A DNA stretch of 64,000 nt from Patescibacteria group bacterium (GCA_035549295.1 DASZRG010000043.1:1910-65909), one strand, 5' to 3'. Shown: positions 48,697 through 60,100, numbered from the stretch's first letter. Program-made: numbers and translations. The notes: generated by a model not told the origin, from the letters alone.

Positions 48697-49980
48697 TTAC
48701 TCGATTTCAAAAATCGGAAATAGTGAAAGTGAGTCGATTGACTCACTTATCAAATTCTCGTGACTAGTATAAAGAGTCATCAAATCATCACCGTGTTTTA
48801 CCTCATCGCCCAAGATGTGGTTAAGATATATACCTGATTTTTTATCAGCAGGCGCACCAAGAATCTTTGCAATAACTGTCAAGTTAATATTTTGAAGCTT
48901 TTTGATTTTACCTGACTTTGACGCTTTAACTATATGCGTATGTGCTGCTGGGTGCATTTTACTTGATGAAATATCCTCATCTCCGCCTTGAGCTTTTACG
49001 ATTTGTCTAAATTTTTCAAAAGCTTTTCCGGATGTTAATAAGTCTGTGGCCCAATTTTCAGTATTTTGATAATTCTTCTTTACCATATCTTTCAAATGAA
49101 CCGGTGAATCCTCAAGACATAGATCTAAAAGCTTTGCCGACGCATCTATTGCAAGTTTTTCAAGATGCATTGGCCTGTCTTCGATCTGCTCAAGAACTTT
49201 TACTGAGTCACGTGCTTCAAGAAGTGGACCCACACCAAAACCCGCTGGCGCATCCATTTTATGAATAAATGTCCTAACTTTCACCCCAAATCGCTTTCCA
49301 AGATATTTGAATTTGCGACCCAAAACCTCCGCATCTTCTTCTTTATGTAATTTAACGGTTGGTCCATATGGAAGATCTATTACAACGTGCGTTGAACCAA
49401 ATGCAATTTTTTTTGCCATAACAGAAACGACGATCTTATCATATGATTCAAAAAGAAGAGGCTCTTCTATCTTTATTATGTCATCATCAGCAGGAGCAAT
49501 TCTAAATCCCCCACCCCACACAATGCATCCCCCAGTCTCATCGACTATTTTATATATCTGATCTTTTGTAAATGTAACGTCTGAGATCGACTCCATGCAA
49601 TCTGCAGTTCCCGCAGGAGTTGTAATTGCACGGGATGAACTCTTTGGAATTTTAAACCCAGCCGCTGCAATTATCGGAACGAGTATCAAGGTTACACGAG
49701 TACCGGGTACTCCACCTATTGAATGCTTGTCGGCGACTATACCCTTGAACTCGAGTTTTTCGCCTGTCTCAACCATTGCCCGGGTCAAATAATAGAGTTC
49801 TTCATCAGAAAAACCTTCTGAATATCCAGATGCAACAAAATAAGTTGTCAAAACGTCTCCAAGTTTTTTCTTTGCAATTTCATCCATAATTGCAAAAATT
49901 TCTTTGTAGTTAAGAGTTTTACCAACTAATTTTTTTCTTATCCCTTCAAGCGCTAATTTCTTTTCGTCCTTGTCATCCAT
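48697..49980 (-). CDS. AMP phosphorylase / thymidine phosphorylase family
   Basis: DKHSIGGVPG, PKSSSRAITTPAGTAD, GVGPLLEARD. Confidence 0.88.
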   Translation of the reverse strand: MDDKDEKKLALEGIRKKLVGKTLNYKEIFAIMDEIAKKKLGDVLTTYFVASGYSEGFSDEELYYLTRAMVETGEKLEFKGIVADKHSIGGVPGTRVTLILVPIIAAAGFKIPKSSSRAITTPAGTADCMESISDVTFTKDQIYKIVDETGGCIVWGGGFRIAPADDDIIKIEEPLLFESYDKIVVSVMAKKIAFGSTHVVIDLPYGPTVKLHKEEDAEVLGRKFKYLGKRFGVKVRTFIHKMDAPAGFGVGPLLEARDSVKVLEQIEDRPMHLEKLAIDASAKLLDLCLEDSPVHLKDMVKKNYQNTENWATDLLTSGKAFEKFRQIVKAQGGDEDISSSKMHPAAHTHIVKASKSGKIKKLQNINLTVIAKILGAPADKKSGIYLNHILGDEVKHGDDLMTLYTSHENLISESIDSLSLFPIFEIE

Positions 49981-49987
49981 GTTTTAT

Positions 49988-50156
49988 AAAATAACAAAAT
50001 TACAAATTCCAATTTCCAAATAAATTCTAAATTTTCAAATTACAAAATCTATAAACAATTGTGCTTTTAGCTTTCTGAATTTGCGAAAGTAACACTTTTT
50101 TGATTTTTTAAATTTGATATTTGTTTGGAATTTGGTGCTTGGTGATTGGTACTTAA
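49988..50156. repeat. Gene-less heptamer element of the four-helix-bundle flank type
   Basis: CAA cores spaced 8,7,7,12,7,7; TTG cores spaced 7,7,11,7,7,7,7. Confidence 0.85.
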
Positions 50157-50158
50157 AC

Positions 50159-50368
50159 TTATATGTCCTTTCCCATTGCCATTTTGAATATTGCTGAAAT
50201 AAATGATTTGACAAAACGAAGTGTGTAATAAAAAACCATGTTAAATATCTTAACGATTGTGGGCTCAATTTTTTCGAAATAATATTTTATGCGGGAGAGA
50301 AATGCAGAACGATTGTAATCTTTAATATCTTGATCGGTCATCAGACTCGAATTTTGATCGTCTTGCAT
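50159..50368 (-). CDS. Small hypothetical protein
   Basis: 69-aa ORF, co-oriented, 9 nt after the sortase gene. Confidence 0.6.
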   Translation of the reverse strand: MQDDQNSSLMTDQDIKDYNRSAFLSRIKYYFEKIEPTIVKIFNMVFYYTLRFVKSFISAIFKMAMGKDI

Positions 50369-50377
50369 AGATTAAGT

Positions 50378-51115
50378 TTACGTTGATGCGTTAAGTGTTT
50401 CAAGTGAAGCGTGTATTATAAGTCTTTTCCAAATTGTTCCAGGTGGTGTACATGTAACCAAAGTTATATATGAATGATCAAAACTTTGAGATAGTATGTT
50501 GGTATCATCTGGTGAAGTAATTACTATTGAAAATATTTTGTATTTAAACTGTGTACCTTGAACAGTAATGTTTATTTCATCCCCAACTTTTATAGTGTGA
50601 AGTGTAGCGAAGATAGTTTTATAATTTTTTTGGTCAAACCAAGCAGGAATAGTCGAATGTCCAAATATCACGGCTGTTCCATTCTGACCCGGAATGGCAG
50701 TACCGAGGTACTGAACAAGATGATGATCGAGATCATAGTCACGTGTTGAAACTGTAGCGTTATCTATCCCTAGTTTTGGAATAGATAGGAGATATGAATC
50801 CACCTTTGAGTGTTTAACTGTATTTGATGGAAGACTCGGGTACCAATTTCTTGCATCATTATAATCAGACGTTAAAGACGATATTCCCTGACTAATAAGT
50901 CCTCCAAAGTCCATCCCTCCATTTAAAACCATGTACTTGGGTATCGGAACTTCAAGATTGGTTTGAATATAGTCACCCAGAAAAACCTGATAAGCGATAA
51001 CTGGAAATAAAAAGTAAAGAAATATTCCAAGTCCAATAGTTATTAATATTACTCCGGCGATTTTTTTGTAGATTTTTTTGTCTACTCGTTCATTTTTTTC
51101 GTAGTATTCGGGCAT
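50378..51115 (-). CDS. Sortase
   Basis: TM anchor, LSIPKL, IFGHS, TLVTCTP..R. Confidence 0.92.
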   Translation of the reverse strand: MPEYYEKNERVDKKIYKKIAGVILITIGLGIFLYFLFPVIAYQVFLGDYIQTNLEVPIPKYMVLNGGMDFGGLISQGISSLTSDYNDARNWYPSLPSNTVKHSKVDSYLLSIPKLGIDNATVSTRDYDLDHHLVQYLGTAIPGQNGTAVIFGHSTIPAWFDQKNYKTIFATLHTIKVGDEINITVQGTQFKYKIFSIVITSPDDTNILSQSFDHSYITLVTCTPPGTIWKRLIIHASLETLNAST

Positions 51116-53388
51116 TAGTTTCTAATTTCAACACTTATATTCTTTGGGTTGGCAGAAAGCATCGCGGGAAGACCAGGAATTTTGTTTTTGAATGAGATGA
51201 CAACATCTGTCACACCCGTCATATCTCGCAATTTTTTATCTGCATCATTGACGCTTTTGCCACGAACATCGCTAATTAATTTTGCCGTATCGATTTGAGG
51301 CGAGAAAACAGCATTTATTTTGAGAGTTGCCGAAGCAGAATCTCCATTCGATCCTGGCTTAACGTCTGTAATATCTATTTTTGAATTCTGGGTTTGAAAT
51401 ACATAGGACCCAGGAACGTCATTTTTAGAAAGTTTTTGGACATAGTCATCAAGATCAGACTTGCTATATGTTCCAACGTTATAGTCAATTGTTGCTGTCA
51501 AACCAACGGTTCCGGCTTCATCTCCAGATTTTTTAGTATACGACTTGTCCTTTACTTCTGATGAAAGAGCTTGGGGAAACGTTACCTCACTTGAGTCAGA
51601 ACTTTGGGCTTTTGAAACCGCATCACCTTCGAGTTTTTGCGTCACAAGAGTTAATAAGTCTTTTAGATCTGTGTCCGAAACAACTGTTGTTGTTTTACTC
51701 GTTCCACCAGTTATTGCATCTGAATTTTTCGCTATAACATCAGATGATGAGACACCTTTTACTGTAAAATTCGAAGCAGATGGTAAATTGTACTCTTTAC
51801 CAAATTTGGAAGCTTGAACTTTTACCGATGCTGATGAAAGGGTCGTTGAAAACGATGAAGTTGAGGCTATATTAACGTCATCTTGCAACTGGAACTCCAA
51901 GCCATTGGGCCCGACAATAGTTGAACCATCAAGAAAAGTTTTACTGTCTTCTGTTTTGTTGTAAATAGTAACTGACCCAGTTGCCTTATCTCCTGTCTCT
52001 TTTTTACCTGTCGCATTTTTACTCTCATCTCCCTTCACTTCTTCTGTTGAAACAGACATTTTGATCTCGTTATCTCCCGTCGGATCTTTTGAAAATGAAA
52101 TCGGGACCGACTTATCAACTGCCTTTTTATCAGCAAATATTATAATTTGCGATTGGAGAAGAACGTTATAATAAAAATACAAAAATCCTGCGATTAAAAT
52201 TATTGCTCCGACAGCAAAAAATATCCCTTTTGATTTGATGAAGTTACCGCCCGAGACCGATGGAACCGTAGGAATACTTGGAATTTTAAGACCCTTTAGT
52301 TTAGACAGAACAGCCGAAACATCAATCGGTACGGGAAGAAGTGCCTTCTTCTCATCAGCAGCTTCCTCGTCTGGCTCATAATCCTCGTCTGTTTCTTTGA
52401 AGTATTTAACGTTTGGTTCTTCTTCAAAACCTGCAAAATCGCCCACTTTTGCAACGTCTGATTTTTCAGTGTTTTTAAGTGACTCTTCAAAAGCGTCTTC
52501 TTTTTCATCCATCTCAGGTGCCGCCTCAATCGCAATATCTTTTTCTTTCAGAAATCCAAACTCCTCAGAAGTTGCCGTATCAAGGATAACTTCCTCATCG
52601 TCGACTAAAGCTCCGCTGTTCGTTCTCACGTCAGACAAAACCTCAAGCTCCATTTGCGTTGCAACTCCATTTATAGTTGCCTCGTTCTCAACGCCTTTCT
52701 CGAGAACAACAACCTGAGGAACATGAAGAAATGGAATTGATTGTGGCCATTTATGAGAAATAAATTCCTGCTGCATTTGTGCAGCATTGTCATAATCAAG
52801 AAGAACGAGTTTTGCGGGAAGTACGTCAACACTATCCATCTTTTTGAATAGCTCTTCCGCCGTTTCAATTACACCCTCACTTACAGAACTTGATTGCGCT
52901 TCCAAAATTTTGCCTGCGCGAACCAGGTAGGCAAATACGTGATTTTTTGTAACTTCAATGAACATTGCAGATACTGGAGCTCCTTCTTTTTTCTCAATGA
53001 AATGAACAATCGCCTCAATAGATGTGAGATATCCTATCGGAGTTAGACCAAGAGACTTACAAACAGTTTTGAGACGATCAAGATAATCAGGTTTTATTTT
53101 ATTCTCAACAATCCAATCATATGGAAGAGAAAAAATTGTTTTATCAACTGTTGCGCCTTCCGGAAGACTTGATTCCAGGAAGCTAATTGAGCGATCGGCC
53201 GCTTTGAGAAGTTCTTCGGAGGATATTTCATCAATGTCTGTTTCGAGGTGATCTTCGTGGCTTGCAAGAATAAAAAGCTTATCACCATGCTCTTCAAAAA
53301 GAATTGCCCCAACCTTATTCGGCTTAATTAAAAGTGATAGAAAATAATTTTTTTCTACTTTTTTGTTCTTTAAAAAAGGCAGCTGCAT
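51115..53388 (-). CDS. Membrane protein with FtsA/PilM-like N-terminus and baseplate-J-like C-terminus
   Basis: Actin-like N domain (IFSLPYDWI), acidic linker, TM helix, KATGSVTIYN...GKEYN...ITGG pattern. Confidence 0.6.
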   Translation of the reverse strand: MQLPFLKNKKVEKNYFLSLLIKPNKVGAILFEEHGDKLFILASHEDHLETDIDEISSEELLKAADRSISFLESSLPEGATVDKTIFSLPYDWIVENKIKPDYLDRLKTVCKSLGLTPIGYLTSIEAIVHFIEKKEGAPVSAMFIEVTKNHVFAYLVRAGKILEAQSSSVSEGVIETAEELFKKMDSVDVLPAKLVLLDYDNAAQMQQEFISHKWPQSIPFLHVPQVVVLEKGVENEATINGVATQMELEVLSDVRTNSGALVDDEEVILDTATSEEFGFLKEKDIAIEAAPEMDEKEDAFEESLKNTEKSDVAKVGDFAGFEEEPNVKYFKETDEDYEPDEEAADEKKALLPVPIDVSAVLSKLKGLKIPSIPTVPSVSGGNFIKSKGIFFAVGAIILIAGFLYFYYNVLLQSQIIIFADKKAVDKSVPISFSKDPTGDNEIKMSVSTEEVKGDESKNATGKKETGDKATGSVTIYNKTEDSKTFLDGSTIVGPNGLEFQLQDDVNIASTSSFSTTLSSASVKVQASKFGKEYNLPSASNFTVKGVSSSDVIAKNSDAITGGTSKTTTVVSDTDLKDLLTLVTQKLEGDAVSKAQSSDSSEVTFPQALSSEVKDKSYTKKSGDEAGTVGLTATIDYNVGTYSKSDLDDYVQKLSKNDVPGSYVFQTQNSKIDITDVKPGSNGDSASATLKINAVFSPQIDTAKLISDVRGKSVNDADKKLRDMTGVTDVVISFKNKIPGLPAMLSANPKNISVEIRN

Positions 53389-53455
53389 ATTTGATTACTA
53401 TCAGACTACGAGTAACTAGATACTAGAGAATAGTAACTAGAAGTCTCCAGTTATT

Positions 53456-53552
53456 AGTTAGTCGGTTACGATGCCCGTTTCGTTTTTGGGTTACGTTAAA
53501 CGTAAAGACTTAACCGATACGGGTATCGTTACCAAATAACTTTAAACGATTG
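53456..53552 (-). repeat. 97-bp structured dispersed element, copy 2
   Basis: Reverse complement of 38173-38268; flanked by a heptamer arm (53411-53441) and a nonamer remnant. Confidence 0.9.
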
Positions 53553-53573
53553 GAATCGCCCTTGATACCCTTA

Positions 53574-55433
53574 CTAGGCAACCGTTGCGTAAATGCGACG
53601 GTTACTCTTCCCTAGGCTTTCCTCTTTTAATATTTTAAACTCTTTTAGTATGCCTGTAAAATCAACATGAGGCCCCCCGCAAAACTCGATCGAATAGACA
53701 GCGTCCTTTTGACCTCTCTTATGTGTTTTTGAATAAGGATTTGAACCTCCAATAAAATAAACTTTTACATCTTTTGCATATTTATCCTCGAATAGGCCAA
53801 TTGCACCGATTTTTTTTGCCTCTTCGATAGGCAAAATTTCAAAATGTACAGGTAAATTTTCGTTAATTTTTTCATTTACAATTGTCTCGATTTTTTTTAT
53901 CTCTTCATCAGTTAATTTACGATCAAAATTGAAATCAAATCTGACTCTCTCTGATGTGATATTTGAACCCGTCTGATGAACCTCGTCTCCCAGAATATCG
54001 CGTATTGCCTGATGCATGAGATGAGTCGCAGTATGTCCCATAATCGTCTTTTCACTGTGATCTGCAAGACCACCCTTGAACTTCCCGGCTGATGCAGTCC
54101 TTGAATTTTTAGAATGCTCTTCCATTTTTGTCGCAAACGCTTGTAGATCAAAAGTGTATCCAAGACTTTTTATTTGTGTCGGAGATAAACCATGAGTGGT
54201 ATATAAAATAAACGCATCATCAGCTGATATCTCAGTTACGCCCAGCAATTCATCGCCAATTTTTTTATACTTTTTAGCTATAAAACGTTTCGCTTCTCTT
54301 AAAGTGTTTCTGTATTTTTGATCTTCTTCAAGGATGGTATTTTTTATATGCTCATATCTCTCTAAAAGCTTTTCGTCTGTTACCTTATACTGATCGACAA
54401 TTCTATCTAATACCTCAACTATTGATTCACCCCCAAGAGCATAAAAATTATCAAATCCACGACGAAGAAACCGTCTCAAGACATATCCTTGTTCTTTATT
54501 TGAAGGGATAACACCATCTGCTGTAATAAATACTGAAGCAAGCATATGATCAAGGACGATTCTCATCTCTCGCGAATTTGCTTCATACTTTTTTGCAGTA
54601 ACATTTTCAATTGTTGAAATAATTGGAGAGAATAAAGACGTTCTGAAGACATCCTGCTGGTTTTCAATTGCCATCAAAAGGCGCTCAAGTCCTCCGCCAA
54701 AATCAACGTTTGGTTTGGAAAGTGGCGCAAGTCGGCCATCTTCTTGCTTTTTATAAGCCATAAAAACACTATTCCCAATTTCAATAAATCTTCCACAGTC
54801 GCAATTTGGATGACAGTTTTCATCTGCAAATTTACTTTGTTCATGAATTCTCAAATTTTCCCCGAAATCGTAAAATACTTCAGTGCTTGGTCCACCCGGT
54901 TCACCTGCTGGCATCTTGTCAGGAGTTCCAGATCTAGACCACCAATTTTTCTCAGCTCCGTAATATGAAATATGAGACCTGGAATCAATACCTGATGATT
55001 CAAACAAACCTTCCCAAATTGATTCTGCCTCATGATCCAGCTCTAAGTCTTCAAAGCCTTTAAATACTGTTACGTAAAGTTTTTTTGGATCAATGTTTAA
55101 CTCGCGGGTTAAGAATTCAAAAAACCATGGAATTTGGTCTGTTTTGAAATAATCACCGAGTGACCAGTTACCAAGCATTCTAAAAAATGTTGTGTGGCGA
55201 TTGTCTCCTACTTCATCTATATCTTGCGCACGAAAACAGTTCTGAACATTAACAAGCCTTGATCCTTGAGGGTGAGTTTCGCCCAGGAGATATGGAACGA
55301 GTGGCTGCATACCTGAGGAGGTAAACAATGTAGTTGGATCATTGAGTGGAACAAGAGACGAATTTTGAATCATAATATGTCCACGTTGTTCAAAAAACTG
55401 TATATATTTGTTGATTATTTCTTTGGCCGTCAT
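53574..55433 (-). CDS. alaS: Alanine--tRNA ligase (short form)
   Basis: DPTTLFTSSGMQP, MLGNWSLGDYFK, HTATHLMH, EFCGGPH; start placed at MTAKE. Confidence 0.95.
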   Translation of the reverse strand: MTAKEIINKYIQFFEQRGHIMIQNSSLVPLNDPTTLFTSSGMQPLVPYLLGETHPQGSRLVNVQNCFRAQDIDEVGDNRHTTFFRMLGNWSLGDYFKTDQIPWFFEFLTRELNIDPKKLYVTVFKGFEDLELDHEAESIWEGLFESSGIDSRSHISYYGAEKNWWSRSGTPDKMPAGEPGGPSTEVFYDFGENLRIHEQSKFADENCHPNCDCGRFIEIGNSVFMAYKKQEDGRLAPLSKPNVDFGGGLERLLMAIENQQDVFRTSLFSPIISTIENVTAKKYEANSREMRIVLDHMLASVFITADGVIPSNKEQGYVLRRFLRRGFDNFYALGGESIVEVLDRIVDQYKVTDEKLLERYEHIKNTILEEDQKYRNTLREAKRFIAKKYKKIGDELLGVTEISADDAFILYTTHGLSPTQIKSLGYTFDLQAFATKMEEHSKNSRTASAGKFKGGLADHSEKTIMGHTATHLMHQAIRDILGDEVHQTGSNITSERVRFDFNFDRKLTDEEIKKIETIVNEKINENLPVHFEILPIEEAKKIGAIGLFEDKYAKDVKVYFIGGSNPYSKTHKRGQKDAVYSIEFCGGPHVDFTGILKEFKILKEESLGKSNRRIYATVA

Positions 55434-55508
55434 AGCCTCATCATTATAACATGTGCCATCGGAGTAATGGGCATTTGGTAGAAAGTAGTAAGTATTAAGC
55501 AATTGTTT

Positions 55509-55584
55509 TTTAGTGATTAAGACTAAAGTAGTTAGTGATTAAGAAAATTAACTAATCACTTTAATCTTTTAATCCTAATCACTA
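55509..55584. repeat. Dispersed palindromic element, copy 2
   Basis: tttagtgattaagactaaag...cttttaatcctaatcacta. Confidence 0.8.
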
Positions 55585-55597
55585 GCATCTAATCTGA

Positions 55598-55626
55598 TTG
55601 ACAATTGAGCGTAATATTTATATAAT
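55598..55626 (+). promoter_or_regulatory. Consensus sigma70 promoter of the RND operon
   Basis: TTGACA-17-TATAAT. Confidence 0.85.
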
Positions 55627-55670
55627 TATAGGCTATATCTTCCTCTGCCCATGGGAAAAATAAAATCGCC

Positions 55671-57173
55671 ATGGCCAGAAAAAAACCTAACTTATTTAAT
55701 TCGGTTAAATCAAATCTTTTCAGAACAATCAGTTTGATATTTCAACGTGTACGTTCAGCTAAACTAAAGGATAGATATAAATCTTTAGTTAGCCAGGCAA
55801 ATAAAACAATTGAGAAAAAACCATTTACAGTATTTTTTACACTACTTGGCGTTATTCTTCTTTTAATTATCGTCGGAAGCATAATAAGAAAGCCAAAAGC
55901 TGCTGAGAAAATCACACCCCCTATAAAAACAGTTGAAGTCTATAGAATAGGTACTGCTCCAAGAATCCATGTTCAAGCACAGGTTGAAAAATCGCAAGTC
56001 GCAAAAATAGAAGCTCTATCAGGCGGAGTCGTATCTCAAATTAATGTAGTTGAGGGTCAAACTGTTGAACAAGGCACACCATTGGTCTCCTTAGCATCAA
56101 ATTATAGTGGTGGAAATATGGCAAGTCTTCAAAGACAATTGGCCCAAAACCAATATCAGAATGTTCAAGATACGTATGATGCTCAAAAAGATATCATACA
56201 AAAACAACGACAAGCAGCAGATGAAAACAGGACTAATGAAGACAAAATGCGAGATATTGCAAACGTTTCTGTAACTGATACGCAAGTTTTGGTAAATCTT
56301 GATAACGATATACTATCAACCCTAAATACCAATCTACAGAATTTAGAAAACACTAATACGGGTGGGGTTAATGACCAGATGATACTCTCAACAAAAGAAC
56401 AAATAAGTCAATTCCAAGCAGCTATTGCCCAAGCTGATGCAACACTTCATCAGACAGGATATCAAGCTGATCAAGCAAATCCGCCGTATCAACTTGCGAC
56501 AATTACACACGACGAGACAATCGAGCAACTCAATATTCAAGAAAAAACTCTCGACCTATCACTTGAGGCAAGTAAAATAAATCTTTCTATAGCCCAGGTT
56601 GCTGAGGCAGCTATGTATCCCGTTGCACCGTTTGCTGGAGTGGTTGAGCGAATTTATGTAACAGCTGGACAAAATGTAACTTCAGGCACACCTCTTGTAC
56701 TGATACACGGAGCTGGAGACTTTAAGATAGTTGCGAAATTGCCTGCAAAAACTGCAAAAACAGTTTCAAAACTTGAAACCAGTCAAATTCACATAACCGA
56801 CAAGAAAACGATTAGTGAAAATCCTTCATATATTTCAAATGAAGCAACCGATGGATCTTTGTATGCGGTAATTTTTACAATGGATGCTGCTTACCAAAAC
56901 GATCTATCAGATCAAGGGTTTGTAGATGTTGATATACCTGTTGGATATGCAAATACATCTGAAATTTCACCGTTTATACCTCTTGATTCGGTTTATCAAA
57001 CTCAGAATAATTCTTATGTTTTCGTGAATGATCACGGACATGCAAAAAGCAAAAATGTTACTCTTGGGACAGTTTTTGGACAGTACGTAGAAGTTGAACA
57101 CGGATTGTCGCGCGGCGATGAAATAGTTGTATCAAGAAACGTACTAAATGGTGACCCCCTCAAAACTGAATAA
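55671..57173 (+). CDS. RND efflux adaptor (membrane fusion protein)
   Basis: TM helix, lipoyl halves (GVVSQINVVEGQ; APFAGVV), coiled coil, GLSRGD. Confidence 0.9.
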   Translation: MARKKPNLFNSVKSNLFRTISLIFQRVRSAKLKDRYKSLVSQANKTIEKKPFTVFFTLLGVILLLIIVGSIIRKPKAAEKITPPIKTVEVYRIGTAPRIHVQAQVEKSQVAKIEALSGGVVSQINVVEGQTVEQGTPLVSLASNYSGGNMASLQRQLAQNQYQNVQDTYDAQKDIIQKQRQAADENRTNEDKMRDIANVSVTDTQVLVNLDNDILSTLNTNLQNLENTNTGGVNDQMILSTKEQISQFQAAIAQADATLHQTGYQADQANPPYQLATITHDETIEQLNIQEKTLDLSLEASKINLSIAQVAEAAMYPVAPFAGVVERIYVTAGQNVTSGTPLVLIHGAGDFKIVAKLPAKTAKTVSKLETSQIHITDKKTISENPSYISNEATDGSLYAVIFTMDAAYQNDLSDQGFVDVDIPVGYANTSEISPFIPLDSVYQTQNNSYVFVNDHGHAKSKNVTLGTVFGQYVEVEHGLSRGDEIVVSRNVLNGDPLKTE

Positions 57174-60100
57174 TGGCAATCAAATCTTATCTGTCAAATT
57201 TAAAATTTGACCCAAAACTTCGAGATTCTTTTAAAGCCAAATATCTAAACAATATACGGCTTGTTATTTTGTTTGTGTTGTTTCTATTTGTAGTTGGAAC
57301 ATCAAGTTTTTTGAGACTTCCAAAAAGACTCAATCCAGAAATTAAAATTCCTATTGTCTCAGTAACTACTGTTCTTCCTGGAGCTGGTCCAAATGATATT
57401 GAATCATTGGTAACGATACCGATAGAAGATGGTCTAAACGGACTGCCCAACAAAACTGATATTGACTCCACTTCGAGTGAATCGGTCTCAAATATTACTA
57501 TCCAATTTACATCTGGAACAGACTCAGAAAAAGCAAAGCAGGATGTTAAATCAGCTCTTGATAGTGTTACGACGCTGCCTACAGATGCGACAGCACCCAC
57601 TATCCAAACCTTTGATATTGAAAATCAACCCGTATGGATATTTGCAATAAAAACAAATGCTGATCCTGCAACCTTATCCCGTTTTGCAACTTCGCTTCAA
57701 GACAAACTTAAATCAAACTCAAATATAGATCACGTTGATATCTCAGGAATCGATAAACAAGAATTTCAAATATTGTTAAAACAAGATACCCTCTCCAACT
57801 ACAATGCCAATCCCATGCAAATTGCTTCTGCTGTTAAAGCGGCTTTGAAGTCATATCCTGCGGGGGATGTCGATACGGAAAATTCTTCTTTTCCAATCGG
57901 AATTGATGCACCAATAACATCTGCGGCTGATATAAGAAACTTAAATATCAATCTCTCGGGAGAAATTTTAAAACTTGGAGATATTGCGACAGTCTCAGAA
58001 AAAACTGCACCTAATGCTCAACAAGCGTACTATGCGGATTCCAATTTTTCAGCGCAAAAAGTTGTGACGTTTTCTGTTTTTAAAACCAAAAGCGCTGATA
58101 TAACAGACGCAGCTGCGGATGCAAAAAAAATAACAAACCAAACAATCTCTTCTTACCAAAATGTTTTTCAGGTGGTAAATGTTCAAGATACTGCAACCGA
58201 AGTTAACAAGCAATTTAACGACCTAATATCCAATTTTATCAGTACAATTATCTTGGTATTTATAACTTTTCTTGTTTTCTTGGGAGTTAGACAAGCCTTA
58301 ATTGTTTCGATAACCATTCCGCTAACATTTTTATCTGCATTTACAGTTATGTATTATGCGGGACTATCAATAAACTTTTTGTCGCTATTTTCACTACTTT
58401 TATCGCTTGGGCTACTCGTTGATGACTCAATCGTTATTATTACTGGAATAACCTCCTATTACAAAACCAAAAAGTTCACACCTCAGGAAGCGGGACTTCT
58501 TGTATGGCGAGACTTTATTGTTCCGATTTGGAGCACGACAATTACAACCGTATGGGCATTTATTCCACTACTTCTTGCAACAGGAATAATTGGTGAATTT
58601 ATCAAAACAATTCCTATTGTTGTAGCCGCTACTCTATACTCTTCAACAACAATTGCCGTTCTTATAACTCTTCCTCTTATGATGGTTACACTTCACTTGA
58701 AAATGCCTAAAAGAGTAAAACTTCTCCTTGTGGCACTTGGAGTTATTTTTCTAATAATGCTTATTTCTCCATTTACATCAGGAAATGCTTTTGGTGGGCT
58801 AATACTTATTCTGTATCTCGCATTTATTTTTGTGACATTTAAGATCAGATATCGAATAGCGGAGAAGATTGCTGAAAGAATTCAACCATCGAATAGAAAA
58901 AGAGTGTCTCAATTCTTTAACCAGTTCCTAAATCGCGGAATAATCGATCTTGAAATAATCGGAGAACGATATAAAGGAATCATCTCAAGAATACTGGAAA
59001 ATAAAAACTCGAGAAGAAAAGTTATTGCTGCCATCATAATCTTCACAGTCTTTGCATATCTTCTAGTTCCAACAGGTTTTGTTGTGAATGAGTTTTTTCC
59101 GAAAGAAAATGCAAACATATTATATGTAACAGAGGAACTTCCGGCTGGAACAAAAATAGAAACTACCAATAGAGAAGCACTGGACTTGGCTAACTTACTC
59201 AGAAAAACGAATGGCGTAAATCATGTTACATCCCAAGTTGGATCAGCAATTGACGAGACGGGAAATAGTTTCGTTTCGGGAAACAACATACTACAGGTAA
59301 CACTCGACCTACCGGATCCTGATAAACAAAAGATCACATCAATTGACATGGCAACCGCGTTACGCGAAAAATTTAAGTCTTACACCAAAGGCAAAATTGC
59401 GGTTGTTGAAGAAAGCGGTGGACCACCTGCTGGCGCTGATGTACAAATACAAATTCTAGGAGATGACTTGCAAAAACTTGATGGCTATGCTGACCAGATA
59501 TCTGCATTTCTTAACAAACAGTCAGGCGTTGTTAACGTAAATAAATCGATAAAACCTGGAGTTAGCAAGATAACTTTCGTTCCAGATTTTGCAAAAATAT
59601 CCCAAAACGGTCTGACAATTGATACCGTAGGTTTTACATTAAGAACATATATCAGTGGAAATAAAATTGACACCGTTAAATTTAACAATTCGACTGATTC
59701 AGAAGATATTGTCCTAAGACAAAATGGAGTAAATGCAAGTCCTGAAGAACTAGGCGCAATAAACATTACAAACCAGCAGGGAGCAGTTATCCCGCTTTCT
59801 GATCTGGGACAGTTCGCCCTAAAAACCAATCCTACCCAAATCACAAGACATAATAACAAGAGGACAATAACAATTTCAGCTGGTGTTTCGGCTGGATATT
59901 CTGTAACGACGATAAATAAAAAACTTGAAGATTTTGCGAATACGAAACTAGGTCTTCCGGATGACTACACATGGCAAACAGGCGGAGTAAATGATGAGAA
60001 TAATAAGTCGGTTCAGTCAATTCTACAAGCCATGCTTTTGGCAGGGATATTAATCTTCGGAACAATGGTCATACAGTTTACATCGTATAGACAAGCTCTC

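Noticed and set aside
50035-50268. 77-aa ORF
   Set aside because: Reads through the heptamer element (KYQSPSTKFQ) in another frame; spurious.
55434-55502. N-terminal extensions of alaS, rpoC, nth and YvcK in the ORF track
   Set aside because: They run through promoters, upstream genes or REP elements; downstream ATGs match family starts.
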